From positions 1 through 64,000 of the IMG/VR virus record IMGVR_UViG_3300047550_002778: a stretch of 64,000 bases of DNA, one strand, 5' to 3'. The notes below the pieces were generated by a model. It was not told where the DNA came from. It was given only the letters and a program-made list of their open reading frames with translations, and searched no databases. This document shows, piece after piece, positions 1 to 9,357 of the stretch. Both the position numbers and the translations under genes were made by a program. The stretch's first letter is position 1, and every line of letters starts with the position of its first letter. The DNA is from an uncultured virus (IMG/VR IMGVR_UViG_3300047550_002778). Taxonomy: Duplodnaviria > Heunggongvirae > Uroviricota > Caudoviricetes.

Positions 1-410
1 GGGAAAAATCCAGTAATAATACAGTCACGTTCACGAAACTTATAGACTACAGACTGATTACGATCTGGACCAAATCCTTGATTATCATCACCCGTAATAT
101 CTTCACGTTGAATCAACGCGGTCATGTTAATAGCCGGATAAAATGCTTTGCCAGTTTCCGATGTAGATTCGCCGTATATATTGACCCTTGTTTCACTAAC
201 TGCAACTTTAAACAACTGGACAACACACTCAATAATGTCGCCCAATAATTCAGCATTTACAGACCCAAGAAGGTTCATATCTCTTTGAGAGAAATATCTA
301 CCAGGCAAATAATTAGTTCCATAAATACCAATGTCCTTACGACCATTTGTCCAATATTGTGGAAATGCTGGATTTTGTTGAGGCCATTGCGGTGTAATTG
401 GTGCTGACAT
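1..410 (-). CDS. Probable neck/head-completion protein (T4 gp14-like), truncated by window start
   Basis: Not in the ORF track. ATG at 410-408 opens a frame to position 1 (MSAPITPQWPQQNPAFPQYW...ELLGDIIECVVQLFKV...NIYGES...). It lies directly after the gp13-like gene, and NxYGES is typical of T4-like neck proteins. Confidence 0.6.
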   Translation of the reverse strand, partial: MSAPITPQWPQQNPAFPQYWTNGRKDIGIYGTNYLPGRYFSQRDMNLLGSVNAELLGDIIECVVQLFKVAVSETRVNIYGESTSETGKAFYPAINMTALIQREDITGDDNQGFGPDRNQSVVYKFRERDCIITGFF

Positions 411-413
411 ATT

Positions 414-1649
414 TTATCCTATGTAGATATGTAATGGAACCTTACCAAGCATTTTTATCATCGCATCAGATTCTTTGTCTTTATTTTCAAGTTGATTTAC
501 TCTCAAACTTTTATCAAGCATATCTCTTAATTTCTCTAAAAGAGTATCCTTCTCTTCTTTAGCTTCGGATCTTAATTCGGCACCGTCTAATGTTACTTCA
601 CCGCCTGGAATTGGAACTGTGCTATATTTTTGAAGAATACGGCCCAACGTTTCTTTACAAAGAGCTAAAAAATATTTTTTGATCCACTGTTTACCGGCTT
701 GGTTTATCTTACAATATTGACACAGTTGATATGGAGCATCACTTGGATCACTAATATACTCATATCGTGATCCACTAAAAAAGTTAGTAATATTCTTATC
801 GCTCTCAATATAATAGTCAATATAAATTCTAAAATCATGAGTTGGAATTGGGAATATTCTTAACATGTTATCGCCAGTAATTTGAAAACCATAAGCACTT
901 TTACGCACCATATCATTAAATTCAATAGCTTGAACACGTTCTAAATCTTCAAATATTGGCGTCATCAAAAATTGAGTTGCAGGACTATACGCACTAAATC
1001 CCATTTCTTGTAGAACGTTACTATAACTCATACCAGTCATACTGAACGGATCATATACACGGGAAATTGCAGGTGGTCTAAAATGAAATACTCGACGAAC
1101 TTCAATACGTGATCCAGTCAAGTGTTCAATATCACTGCCAATGATTTGATTCAAATCAAACACTTGATGACTGTCTTGAGGTCCACCAAAACTTGCAGAA
1201 CCTGTTGCCAAGAATGAGGCACGTTTAAGTTCTGTTTCGCCGCCAACCAACGCTTCACTTCCATATTGTTTACTTAATTGAACAACAAACGGTAGGCCAG
1301 TTCCTTTTACACTCAATCCCAATAAATTAGGATATTGATCTTGTGGTAAGCCTTGAACATTGATCAAATTATTAACAATATTGAACTCATTTACAACACG
1401 ATTATACTCCAAAACAGATTCTTCAAAACACGCATAAAAGTTGGCATCAATCATTTCAATATCAACGATTGGATATCCTAATCTTTTAGCGGCCCACATC
1501 GCACTGCTGCTACAATCATTTTCAAACGTGGTCTCATCAGAATCACAACTCGTCTCGTCCAGATAGTAACCAAATGGAACGGATGCAGAATTAACTGTTG
1601 ATCCACTGCCAGGCCACCTTACTCTATCTTGGTCTAAATTAGCACTCAT
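414..1649 (-). CDS. Neck/head-tail adaptor protein (T4 gp13-like)
   Basis: N-terminal KRLGYPIVDIE and C-terminal WIKKYFLALCKETLGRILQKYSTVPIPGGEVTLDGAELRSEA resemble gp13-family neck proteins. Confidence 0.75.
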   Translation of the reverse strand: MSANLDQDRVRWPGSGSTVNSASVPFGYYLDETSCDSDETTFENDCSSSAMWAAKRLGYPIVDIEMIDANFYACFEESVLEYNRVVNEFNIVNNLINVQGLPQDQYPNLLGLSVKGTGLPFVVQLSKQYGSEALVGGETELKRASFLATGSASFGGPQDSHQVFDLNQIIGSDIEHLTGSRIEVRRVFHFRPPAISRVYDPFSMTGMSYSNVLQEMGFSAYSPATQFLMTPIFEDLERVQAIEFNDMVRKSAYGFQITGDNMLRIFPIPTHDFRIYIDYYIESDKNITNFFSGSRYEYISDPSDAPYQLCQYCKINQAGKQWIKKYFLALCKETLGRILQKYSTVPIPGGEVTLDGAELRSEAKEEKDTLLEKLRDMLDKSLRVNQLENKDKESDAMIKMLGKVPLHIYIG

Positions 1650-1653
1650 TAAA

Positions 1654-1661
1654 TATAAATA
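1654..1661 (-). promoter_or_regulatory. Putative late promoter box TATTTATA, 4 nt upstream of ATG
   Basis: One of about 20 TA(T/C/A)(T/C)TAT(A/T) boxes upstream of genes in this window. Confidence 0.6.
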
Positions 1662-1694
1662 TCGGAATATTCGATATTAGTGCTAAAATCTAAT

Positions 1695-2234
1695 TTATAC
1701 CAAATTATTACCTTCAAACTTTCGTGGACCACTCAAATCCACAATTTTATACTTAATTGGCATATCTTTTATAGTAGCATAAACAGCCTTTATGTTCTTG
1801 GGACTATCATCAATAAAGAAGATGTCATTATAACCTTCATTATTAATTTTATCTTTAATCCAATTAGCTTTAGCCATAGGATCACTGGTTCCAACCGTAA
1901 CAATGGGTATATTCACCTTAAAATACCTCTGTAAGACGTTTTGTATGTGAGGTTGACTCTCTGGACCCCTCGCAGTCAAAACGACGGCAAGACGACCTTC
2001 TACCCCCGCATTGACTATTTTATAAAATCTCTTAGCTACGTTGCGAATAACCACCGGATCTATGACAGAACTGAACTCAGAGAAATCAAACTTGTCACCC
2101 GGCTGTTGTGTATAAACCGCATACTGAGCAGGCGTTAATTTAACCACAGACCCATCTGATTTAGTCAATATTACTTTGCCACCCGTTTCAAAAAGTGTGT
2201 CGTCAAAATCAAATACTCTTAGTTTCTTGGTCAT
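1695..2234 (-). CDS. HAD-superfamily phosphatase (PNK-phosphatase/RNA-repair HAD-like)
   Basis: Motif I FDFDDTL, motif II LTARG, motif III K, motif IV FIDDSPKN. Confidence 0.8.
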   Translation of the reverse strand: MTKKLRVFDFDDTLFETGGKVILTKSDGSVVKLTPAQYAVYTQQPGDKFDFSEFSSVIDPVVIRNVAKRFYKIVNAGVEGRLAVVLTARGPESQPHIQNVLQRYFKVNIPIVTVGTSDPMAKANWIKDKINNEGYNDIFFIDDSPKNIKAVYATIKDMPIKYKIVDLSGPRKFEGNNLV

Positions 2235-2368
2235 AGGAATGATTGCGCAATCAACTTGTAGTCTGACACAACAGGCTTCTTGGGTTCTTGTTCTTTACGC
2301 AATTTTTCCTCTTTAAGCTGTTTGGCTTTAAGAACTTTTTGCAGAGTATTTTTAACCTTTTGATCCAT
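2231..2368 (-). CDS. Small basic hypothetical protein (45 aa)
   Basis: Not in the ORF track. MDQKVKNTLQKVLKAKQLKEEKLRKEQEPKKPVVSDYKLIAQSFL*; fills the gap and has an ATGA overlap with the HAD gene. Confidence 0.6.
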   Translation of the reverse strand: MDQKVKNTLQKVLKAKQLKEEKLRKEQEPKKPVVSDYKLIAQSFL

Positions 2369-2633
2369 ATAATTTGGTTATTTTGACCACAAGCTTACCA
2401 GATCCTTTGATGACCCTATGGTAAGTTTCTTTAGGTATAAATATTGATCCTTTCAACAAAACAGGCAGTTTATTGTCCAATTGGACCTCCCAGTTGCCAC
2501 TATTATCCACTGCCTCAACCAGCCTGTCTTCTTTGTCTAAATGCCACTCTAATTCGTGCGAATCAACATCTTTGTCAAACTCACGAATATACACATTGTT
2601 GCCTAACGAAGACTGTTTATATGGATGACTCAT
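2352..2633 (-). CDS. Small cupin-fold protein
   Basis: WHLDKEDR and IFIPKETYHRVIKG match cupin motifs 1 and 2. Confidence 0.65.
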   Translation of the reverse strand: MSHPYKQSSLGNNVYIREFDKDVDSHELEWHLDKEDRLVEAVDNSGNWEVQLDNKLPVLLKGSIFIPKETYHRVIKGSGKLVVKITKLYGSKG

Positions 2634-3904
2634 TGTAACTTTTTAGCCAATAATTTTTTCAAGATCTCCATTAACTTTGTCTCTTTTTTGATCAATTGGT
2701 CCAATGGAACGCCTCTAAACTTCTGTCTTATTTGTGCAATAGGCATACCATATTGTTTTTCAGCTTGAGCAATCAGATTGTATCTATCTTGTTTCTCTTT
2801 TTCTAAAGATGCCAATTTACGAGCAACTACAGTAGCAACAGTATTCTTAATGTTATCATTATAATACTTCTCACCCGATACCAAAAGATCATTCAATATT
2901 TTAATTTCTACTTCTAACCCATTTACTTCTTTTTCTAAATTATCCTTTTCAGCAGGCGTAAGTTTCGCTCCTGTTGTATGAAGTTTTCCTCTCTTTTCAA
3001 TAAACTCTTGAGTCTTATCATCAATTACTTTTTCCAAACTAGGTTGTTGTTGTATTTTCTCAACTCCCCAAGCAGGATAATCAAATTCACTACCAATCGG
3101 TGTAGTGGACAAATCACTATCAGTTACCTTTATTGTTACATTATTACCTTTAATAGCCGTAACATCAGCTCTTATACCAAGTCCTAGGATTTTTATTTTG
3201 TCACCTACTTTGAATTCAACATCTGCTTTATCCGTAACAGATGGTTTAGGTGGAGGAGTTTCTTTCTTAGGTTCTTCTTTGTCATACAGTTCATTGTATG
3301 ACCTTATTTTGCTACCAATTTCATACAAACACTCAGTTGGATTATATCCATTAAACTCTATGACTTTTTCATATTGATCTTTGTATGGCGTTACCTTGTC
3401 TTTATTATAATCCCAGAATGTTACAATGATAGCTTTACCACTCGGGATTGTGCTTTCAATTTGAAGATCCAAATTTTCTGGCGGTTTACCATCTGTATTG
3501 TCTACCTCAAAGATTCTACCTTTCATGATAGGATCTGAATATGCGCCCATTCTACCCAATCCCTTTAGAATATTTTCCAAATCCAAATGACCACCACCAT
3601 TATTACTAGCCTTTAATCGTTTGATACCTTTTTGGGCCCAATAATCCAATTGTTCTCTCTTATTAGAATCATACTTTATTTCCGGAGCGTCTTCTAATTC
3701 TTTGATTTCTTTTAATACATCACTATCATCTGAGTAAAATTCTTTCTTGTTGTCGCTATATCCAAATATTGACTTTTTACCACTCTTGTCGTCTTTATAA
3801 ACAAAAAAAGCACATCTGTTGGCCGGAGAAGTGTAGTTATACAACTTTCTCTTGTAACTAACAGTGTCAGGATTTTCCACCAAAATATCAATTAGTTTAA
3901 CCAT
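2630..3904 (-). CDS. Hypothetical protein, possible internal head protein; SH3/KOW-like segment and C-terminal coiled coil
   Basis: 424-aa ORF starting MVKLIDILVE; FKVGDKIKILG segment. Confidence 0.6.
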   Translation of the reverse strand: MVKLIDILVENPDTVSYKRKLYNYTSPANRCAFFVYKDDKSGKKSIFGYSDNKKEFYSDDSDVLKEIKELEDAPEIKYDSNKREQLDYWAQKGIKRLKASNNGGGHLDLENILKGLGRMGAYSDPIMKGRIFEVDNTDGKPPENLDLQIESTIPSGKAIIVTFWDYNKDKVTPYKDQYEKVIEFNGYNPTECLYEIGSKIRSYNELYDKEEPKKETPPPKPSVTDKADVEFKVGDKIKILGLGIRADVTAIKGNNVTIKVTDSDLSTTPIGSEFDYPAWGVEKIQQQPSLEKVIDDKTQEFIEKRGKLHTTGAKLTPAEKDNLEKEVNGLEVEIKILNDLLVSGEKYYNDNIKNTVATVVARKLASLEKEKQDRYNLIAQAEKQYGMPIAQIRQKFRGVPLDQLIKKETKLMEILKKLLAKKLQ

Positions 3905-3909
3905 AAATT

Positions 3910-4512
3910 TTACCAGTATTTTCCTTTACCCTTGTTTCCTAAACTACGAATACGATGACTACGGCAACTCCAGTAACCAGCTGTAGTTCTATCTTTCTTT
4001 TGACTACATCTGTGACGTGCGGCAAAACTTTTACGACGAGCCTTGTTACCAGCTCTACTTCTCATATTAGGATCACCAAAAGTTACCTTCTTTACATTGC
4101 CGTTTTTTGATTTGACATACACAGCATACTTCTTTGGACCGCCTGGAGTTCTGAATGGTCTATTGAGATGAACAGTGCGACCTCTATGTTTCAACTCCAT
4201 GATCAAATCCTCAACAACCTCAATAGGCGCATCAAGATACACTTCACGACCTTCAAACATCTCTTTTTTACCCAAATCACTCTCGACTAATTCGGCATCT
4301 GAATCACACAGTTCGATCTTGTTTTCAAAATATAATTTACGAACTTCTTCCAATAATTCAAAATATGATTCACTGTAGGTTCTGAAGATGGTCTCTGATA
4401 AAGGTAGTTGTTTAGTTAAATGATACTTAAGATTGTCACTAACAGACACATCTTCAGTCAATGACATCCCACACAATTCATCACTTTCAATAAGATCGTT
4501 TAATTTAATCAT
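3910..4512 (-). CDS. Conserved phage hypothetical protein with basic C-terminal domain
   Basis: Starts MIKLNDLIE; acidic N-half, basic C-half KKVTFGDPNM...RRKSFAARHRC...YWSC. Confidence 0.7.
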   Translation of the reverse strand: MIKLNDLIESDELCGMSLTEDVSVSDNLKYHLTKQLPLSETIFRTYSESYFELLEEVRKLYFENKIELCDSDAELVESDLGKKEMFEGREVYLDAPIEVVEDLIMELKHRGRTVHLNRPFRTPGGPKKYAVYVKSKNGNVKKVTFGDPNMRSRAGNKARRKSFAARHRCSQKKDRTTAGYWSCRSHRIRSLGNKGKGKYW

Positions 4513-4523
4513 AGATATAAATA

Positions 4524-5453
4524 TTATTTACCATACTTGTTCGTAGCCCTTAATTCACTAATTAGAATTTTTTCTGGGTCATTCAAATTCTTCTCCAATT
4601 CAATAAATAATTCATCTAAAGTATACTTTTTATCGGTTCTTTGTTGAATCTGTCGTAAACGGTCAATTGTATCAACAACACTATCCAATGTATCTTTGTA
4701 TCGGTTGAATACAGGCAGTTCAATGTGTTTACTGAATTCCATTGACTTTGGAGCAATACCTTTAAGTATATTAATAAAGAATGCGATTACATGTTCTACT
4801 AACGAGAATATCGCACCAGCAATTGGGTTTGTAGCAGCTAAGAATCGTAACACCATGAAACATATCAAGAATATCAATATGCCAGTCACACCTATAGTCA
4901 CGAATCTTTTTAGTCCATACATTACACCACCAAGACCCATCCAACTATTCACTTCATCAACAGTAACTTGCAATCTATCAGCCTTTTTCGCCACTTGAGA
5001 AGCCTGTTCTTCCAAACCTTTAATCTGAGACTCATATACATCTTCTATTTCTTTTTGTCGAGTTTGAAGATCCAATATTTCAGTATCTTTTTCTTTTAAC
5101 AGTTTTACACCTTTATCTTTTTCTTTATCAATTTCACTGTTTAAAAGATCAGTTATTTGTTTTATTTTGTTCAATTCGTCAATATTTGGATTACCAGCAA
5201 TACTCAATATTCTAGAATTATAATCCAAAGCAGTCTTGACTTGAACTGGAGGATTGGTCACAGACTTCAATGAATACTCTGTGCCAGCAGCCAAAGTAGA
5301 AACCTCTTGTAACTTTTCTTCATCGTTTTTTGCCTTTTCTACGCGGGTTACTGCAAGTGCATCTTTGGTCTTTTGAACCTTATCTGCATTTGGTGTTTTG
5401 CAACCGCCGAACAACAACAAAGAAGCCAAAAATAGCATTAATGTTTTTTGCAT
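4524..5453 (-). CDS. Lipoprotein with coiled coil and transmembrane segment(s); spanin-like
   Basis: Signal peptide with lipobox LLFGG-C18, long heptad region, hydrophobic FVTIGVTGILIFLICFMVLRFL. Confidence 0.6.
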   Translation of the reverse strand: MQKTLMLFLASLLLFGGCKTPNADKVQKTKDALAVTRVEKAKNDEEKLQEVSTLAAGTEYSLKSVTNPPVQVKTALDYNSRILSIAGNPNIDELNKIKQITDLLNSEIDKEKDKGVKLLKEKDTEILDLQTRQKEIEDVYESQIKGLEEQASQVAKKADRLQVTVDEVNSWMGLGGVMYGLKRFVTIGVTGILIFLICFMVLRFLAATNPIAGAIFSLVEHVIAFFINILKGIAPKSMEFSKHIELPVFNRYKDTLDSVVDTIDRLRQIQQRTDKKYTLDELFIELEKNLNDPEKILISELRATNKYGK

Positions 5454-5485
5454 ATACCTATAAATATCTATCTTAGTATAAAAAC

Positions 5486-5514
5486 TTGTTTATTTATCTG
5501 GGTTGGTATATACT
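5486..5514 (+). promoter_or_regulatory. Sigma70-like promoter of the mom-like gene
   Basis: TTGTTT (5486-5491), 17-nt spacer, TATACT (5509-5514), ATG at 5521. Confidence 0.5.
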
Positions 5515-5520
5515 GATAAT

Positions 5521-6294
5521 ATGTCTAATTATTGTGATACTTCATTAGTTTATCTGCAGCCGATCAACAAGTCGGTAGCACGTAATCTTATTGAAAAAAA
5601 TCACTATACACACAAGTGGACCAGTTGTTCAGTGGCATATGGTGTTTATTATAAAGACTATATAGAAAGTAGTTTTTTTGGTGGATTTGACAGTAAATTG
5701 ATAGGAGTATTGGTCTATGGTAATGCTGTAGGACGTAATTCAAGCACCAGTATTAGTCCACTATTAACCAATGATAATGTATTTGAATTGACACGTTTAT
5801 GGATACAAGATGGTTTTGGCAAGAACATAGAGAGTTTTTGTATAGCTGAAAGTTTTAGGTATTTAAACCGAGATTATCCAAAAATTAAGTGTATTTTGAG
5901 TTATGCTGACAGCGAAGTTGGCCATGCTGGAACCATCTATCAAGCCACTGGATTTTTATATCAGGGTGACAATTATGTTGATATTGCATTGATGCCCAAC
6001 TACAGTGTAAGTCTTGACGGTCCACCTAAATACAATTGGATTCACAGTAGAAATGTGTATAGTAGATGGAAAACACACAATGTAGACAAGTTAAAAGAAC
6101 GTATTGGTAAAACCTTCTGGCGTAAACGTGAAAGTGGCAAACATCGTTATATCAAGTTCATTAGTAACAAGATTGACAACAAAAAGTTGACCAAATCATT
6201 AATACATAAATTACTTCCATATCCAAAAACTACATCATTTACAGAAGAAATAATGGAAGTTACCGTCAAAAATACCAATCAATTTTTCCAATAA
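5521..6294 (+). CDS. mom: Mom-like DNA adenine modification enzyme (GNAT fold)
   Basis: IEKNHYTH, ELTRLW, KNIESFCI and ILSYADSEVGHAGTIYQATGFLYQG are motifs of the phage Mu Mom family. Likely ATG start at 5521. Confidence 0.75.
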   Translation: MSNYCDTSLVYLQPINKSVARNLIEKNHYTHKWTSCSVAYGVYYKDYIESSFFGGFDSKLIGVLVYGNAVGRNSSTSISPLLTNDNVFELTRLWIQDGFGKNIESFCIAESFRYLNRDYPKIKCILSYADSEVGHAGTIYQATGFLYQGDNYVDIALMPNYSVSLDGPPKYNWIHSRNVYSRWKTHNVDKLKERIGKTFWRKRESGKHRYIKFISNKIDNKKLTKSLIHKLLPYPKTTSFTEEIMEVTVKNTNQFFQ

Positions 6295-6328
6295 AAAACC
6301 CACCAGCCTTTCGACTGATGGGTTTATT
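6293..6328. terminator. Bidirectional intrinsic terminator between convergent mom-like and capsid genes
   Basis: aaaaaacccaccag-cctttcga-ctgatgggtttatt imperfect hairpin flanked by A and T tracts. Confidence 0.7.
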
Positions 6329-6351
6329 GTTTTAATTTAGACTAATCCAAA

Positions 6352-8082
6352 TTATACGGTGTCTAGATCAGCGATCAAGACCTTACCATAGAACTCAGGA
6401 CGCACTACCTTCTTAGCGTAGCGAGTCATCACACCACGGCGTGGAGTGAAGTTCACTGGATCATAGACCAATGGAGTTTGGATGAGTGGGATGTATGGAG
6501 CATACACAGCACCAGTCTCCAAGAAGTTGCTACCACGGAAACCAACGAGGATAGCATTATCGGTCATGTATGGGTTCTTGTAAACTTGGAAGCGACTTGC
6601 GAAGCTACCAACACGGCTTACACCCATTGCGAACTTAGCTTGGTCACCGTCAGTGTTCACAACATATCCTGGGATTGATTCCAAGATGGTTGCTACGTCT
6701 GGGGAACATACCAAGAAGTTAGCACCACCACGTAGAGTCAATTGGTGAATCTTGTTAGAGACCTTTTGGATCTTGTTACCAAGAGTTTGGAACCAAGTGC
6801 TCTTTACGTAAGCAGTTCTGTTTGGAGAAGCATTTACGTTACGAGTGAATGATGCAACATCAGTAGTGTTGTTGATGGTCTTAGTGAATTCAGTTCCGAT
6901 TTGGGCGGACCAAGCTTCAGTGGTTTGACCAGTTACAGACTCGTTCAACATGTCTAGGATTTCGAGATCGATTTCCATAGAAACATATTCACTCAATAGA
7001 GCAGTAAGTTCTGCTTCTGCGTCAATAGAATGATATGCGTTCAAGTCTTGAGCCAATTCTGGGGTCCAGACAGCCTTCAACTTACGGGTCTTAGCAACGA
7101 TTGGTTCGCTCTTAAGTTCCAAGTTGACTTCTGGGATCTTGATGTCAGTGCCGATAGATTGGGTATAGACGTTGTTAGCAACACCAGAACCTTCACCAGC
7201 GGTCTTACCGTCTTCGAAGTCACCACGGAGGTTGTCCGAAGGTTGAACTGTGTAGTTCAAACGTGCAGTAGTAGATGGAGCAGCAGCACCAGCAGATTGA
7301 CTTACGAACAAGTTAATTTGATAGTATGGGTTTGCCAAGCTACCAGTGTTAACTGCGGTTGCGTAAGTGTTCAATACTGTGTAAGCTACACCAGAACTGT
7401 TTTGAACTTGGAATGAACGAACAGCGTTCAAATCAGCGTTCCAGATGTTACCAGAACCAGGATTTGCTTCGGTGTTGTCGTCAAGGTTGAATGTCACCTT
7501 GTAAACGCCTGGAACGTTACCAGAACCGTTTACAGAAGCACTGAATGTTGAATCGAATTGAAGATCGTTCCAACTTGCAGTAGCAACCAATACAGTAGCA
7601 TTAGAGCTAGAAACGGTGCGCTCAGAATAAGCGTAACGTCCTTGGCCATAAAGACCATTTACTGGTGCATCAGTTGATCCAAGCTTCTTTTGGTTACCAC
7701 CGAACAAGCTTTCGCCAGCACGATGACCCAATTGAGTGCCAGAACCATACTTGAAGTCTAAGTAGAAGATAAGACCGCTTGGGAGATTCATTGGTTGAAC
7801 CGATACGAATTCCTTAGCAGCGATCTCAGCAAATACACGACGAACCAATGGTAGAGCAACGCCTGCCCATTGTTCACTGTTTGCGCTGGTTCCAGTTGTT
7901 GAAGCTTCGTCCAACAATTGTTTTGCTTGATTTTCCAAGAGGATTGACATGTGTGCCTTTTCAACACCGGTGGTGTTTTCTAGAAGACCTGTCTTTTCCC
8001 ACTTGCTTTGAAGACCACGGGTTTCAGCCATTAGCTTTGCCTGTGGGTTCATATTATTTGTTAGTAGACTCTTTACGTCCAT
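6352..8082 (-). CDS. Major capsid protein (T4 gp23-like)
   Basis: LPLVRRVF, VSVQPMNLPSGLIFYLDF, AKTRKLKAVWTPELAQDLNAYHSIDAEAEL, YAPYIPL, FTPRRGVMTRYA. Confidence 0.97.
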   Translation of the reverse strand: MDVKSLLTNNMNPQAKLMAETRGLQSKWEKTGLLENTTGVEKAHMSILLENQAKQLLDEASTTGTSANSEQWAGVALPLVRRVFAEIAAKEFVSVQPMNLPSGLIFYLDFKYGSGTQLGHRAGESLFGGNQKKLGSTDAPVNGLYGQGRYAYSERTVSSSNATVLVATASWNDLQFDSTFSASVNGSGNVPGVYKVTFNLDDNTEANPGSGNIWNADLNAVRSFQVQNSSGVAYTVLNTYATAVNTGSLANPYYQINLFVSQSAGAAAPSTTARLNYTVQPSDNLRGDFEDGKTAGEGSGVANNVYTQSIGTDIKIPEVNLELKSEPIVAKTRKLKAVWTPELAQDLNAYHSIDAEAELTALLSEYVSMEIDLEILDMLNESVTGQTTEAWSAQIGTEFTKTINNTTDVASFTRNVNASPNRTAYVKSTWFQTLGNKIQKVSNKIHQLTLRGGANFLVCSPDVATILESIPGYVVNTDGDQAKFAMGVSRVGSFASRFQVYKNPYMTDNAILVGFRGSNFLETGAVYAPYIPLIQTPLVYDPVNFTPRRGVMTRYAKKVVRPEFYGKVLIADLDTV

Positions 8083-8127
8083 AATATTATTTCCTATCTT
8101 TTGGTTTGTTAATTACTCGCAAACAAA

Positions 8128-9204
8128 TTACTTCTTGATTCCTGCGAGTTTTTGGAATCTTGAAGCCATCACATCAGCTTGAGGTTCTACAATCGTAGAC
8201 TCAGGCTTTGTGCTGGATACTGGTTTGCTTGCCAAACCTTCGGTGATAGTTGTGACAGTCGCATTTGACTTTTTCTTGGCGACTGATCCACCGGCATTAA
8301 ATGATTCGGCCAAAACGGTGTATGCCAACTTGATTTCACGCAATGTCTTGGTGAGATCAAATGTATTGATGACCTTCAACTTTTGGTCTTCGGTCAAATT
8401 CTTACCCTTGAATAGCTTATTGGTATAAAGCAATTTAGCATTCAAAAGATTGGTTTCTTCAAGAACACCCTTCAAATACTTAACGGTGTTTTGATGTTCC
8501 TTCAATTGATTCTTCAATGCTTCATTTTCTTCATTAATAGCTACCAAAGCTTCTGCCATTTCTTCAGCAGTTACTTCTTCCTCTTCCATTGGAGAAGGAA
8601 CTTGTCCAGCAACTGGTGCTACTGGAGCTGGTGCTGCAGCTGGAGCAGCTGCGGCTGGTGCTGGTGCTGGTGCTGGTGCTGTTGGATCAACAGCAGCTGG
8701 AGCTGGAGCTGGAACTTGTCCTTCTTCTTCCAATTCAGCAAGAAGTTCATCAAGATCAACAGTTTCTGCTGAATCGTCGTCTGCAACTTCTTCTTCTTCA
8801 GCAACAACTTCTTTTTGTTCTTCTTTGTCGCCTTCTTGTTCCAACTCAGCAAGAATTTCATCCAACTCTTCGCTGGTCAACTCTTCACCTTCTTCAAGTT
8901 TTGCATCGAATTCTTGAGATCCAGGTGGAACAGTGTTTTTCTTGGCTGCGGTTGATGGTTGAACAACGTGTTGACTGCTTACAGTGTTACCGTCGTCTTT
9001 ACCAATACCTGAAGAAGAAAGTTTTTCTTCAATCTTACCTTCTTCAGTTTTTTCTGTGTCTGCTGCTTCTTCCTTGAGTTTTTCTGCGAACATTTCTTTC
9101 ATGCTCTTTGCGAAGTTTTCCTCAAGAAAAGTTTTTGCATTAGCAATTGCAGTTTCACGAACTGCTTTTGCGTCTGCGATGCTTTCTTTTAATAGATCGC
9201 TCAT
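8128..9204 (-). CDS. Prohead core/scaffold protein (T4 gp22-like)
   Basis: Very acidic, coiled coil, Ala/Pro linker, many LxE sites; immediately upstream of the capsid gene; ends RFQKLAGIKK. Confidence 0.8.
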   Translation of the reverse strand: MSDLLKESIADAKAVRETAIANAKTFLEENFAKSMKEMFAEKLKEEAADTEKTEEGKIEEKLSSSGIGKDDGNTVSSQHVVQPSTAAKKNTVPPGSQEFDAKLEEGEELTSEELDEILAELEQEGDKEEQKEVVAEEEEVADDDSAETVDLDELLAELEEEGQVPAPAPAAVDPTAPAPAPAPAAAAPAAAPAPVAPVAGQVPSPMEEEEVTAEEMAEALVAINEENEALKNQLKEHQNTVKYLKGVLEETNLLNAKLLYTNKLFKGKNLTEDQKLKVINTFDLTKTLREIKLAYTVLAESFNAGGSVAKKKSNATVTTITEGLASKPVSSTKPESTIVEPQADVMASRFQKLAGIKK

Positions 9205-9303
9205 ATTAATTTTACCTTTCCTGTTTGTTTTTTGGTGAAGTTATTGGAGAACTCCAAAGAAGATTGAATTTGTAGTGGCATCAAAGACATTGACGCATTT
9301 GAT

Positions 9304-9352
9304 AATAAATATAATATAAAATATACAAATTCATTTTTTTTTAATATTTATT
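9304..9352. promoter_or_regulatory. Back-to-back divergent TATTTATT boxes
   Basis: Minus-strand box 9304-9311 (scaffold/capsid operon) and plus-strand box 9345-9352, 5 nt before ATG 9358. Confidence 0.6.
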
Positions 9353-9357
9353 GATAT

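Noticed and set aside
2352..2633. Cupin as the prolyl hydroxylase partner for the GT60-like enzyme
   Set aside because: Only 93 aa, far from the GT operon and lacking a recognisable 2OG-Fe(II) dioxygenase architecture; Thr acceptors would need no hydroxylase.
8491..9238. Overlapping alternative-frame ORFs across the scaffold gene
   Set aside because: Low-complexity shadows of the Ala/Pro/Glu-rich coding sequence.
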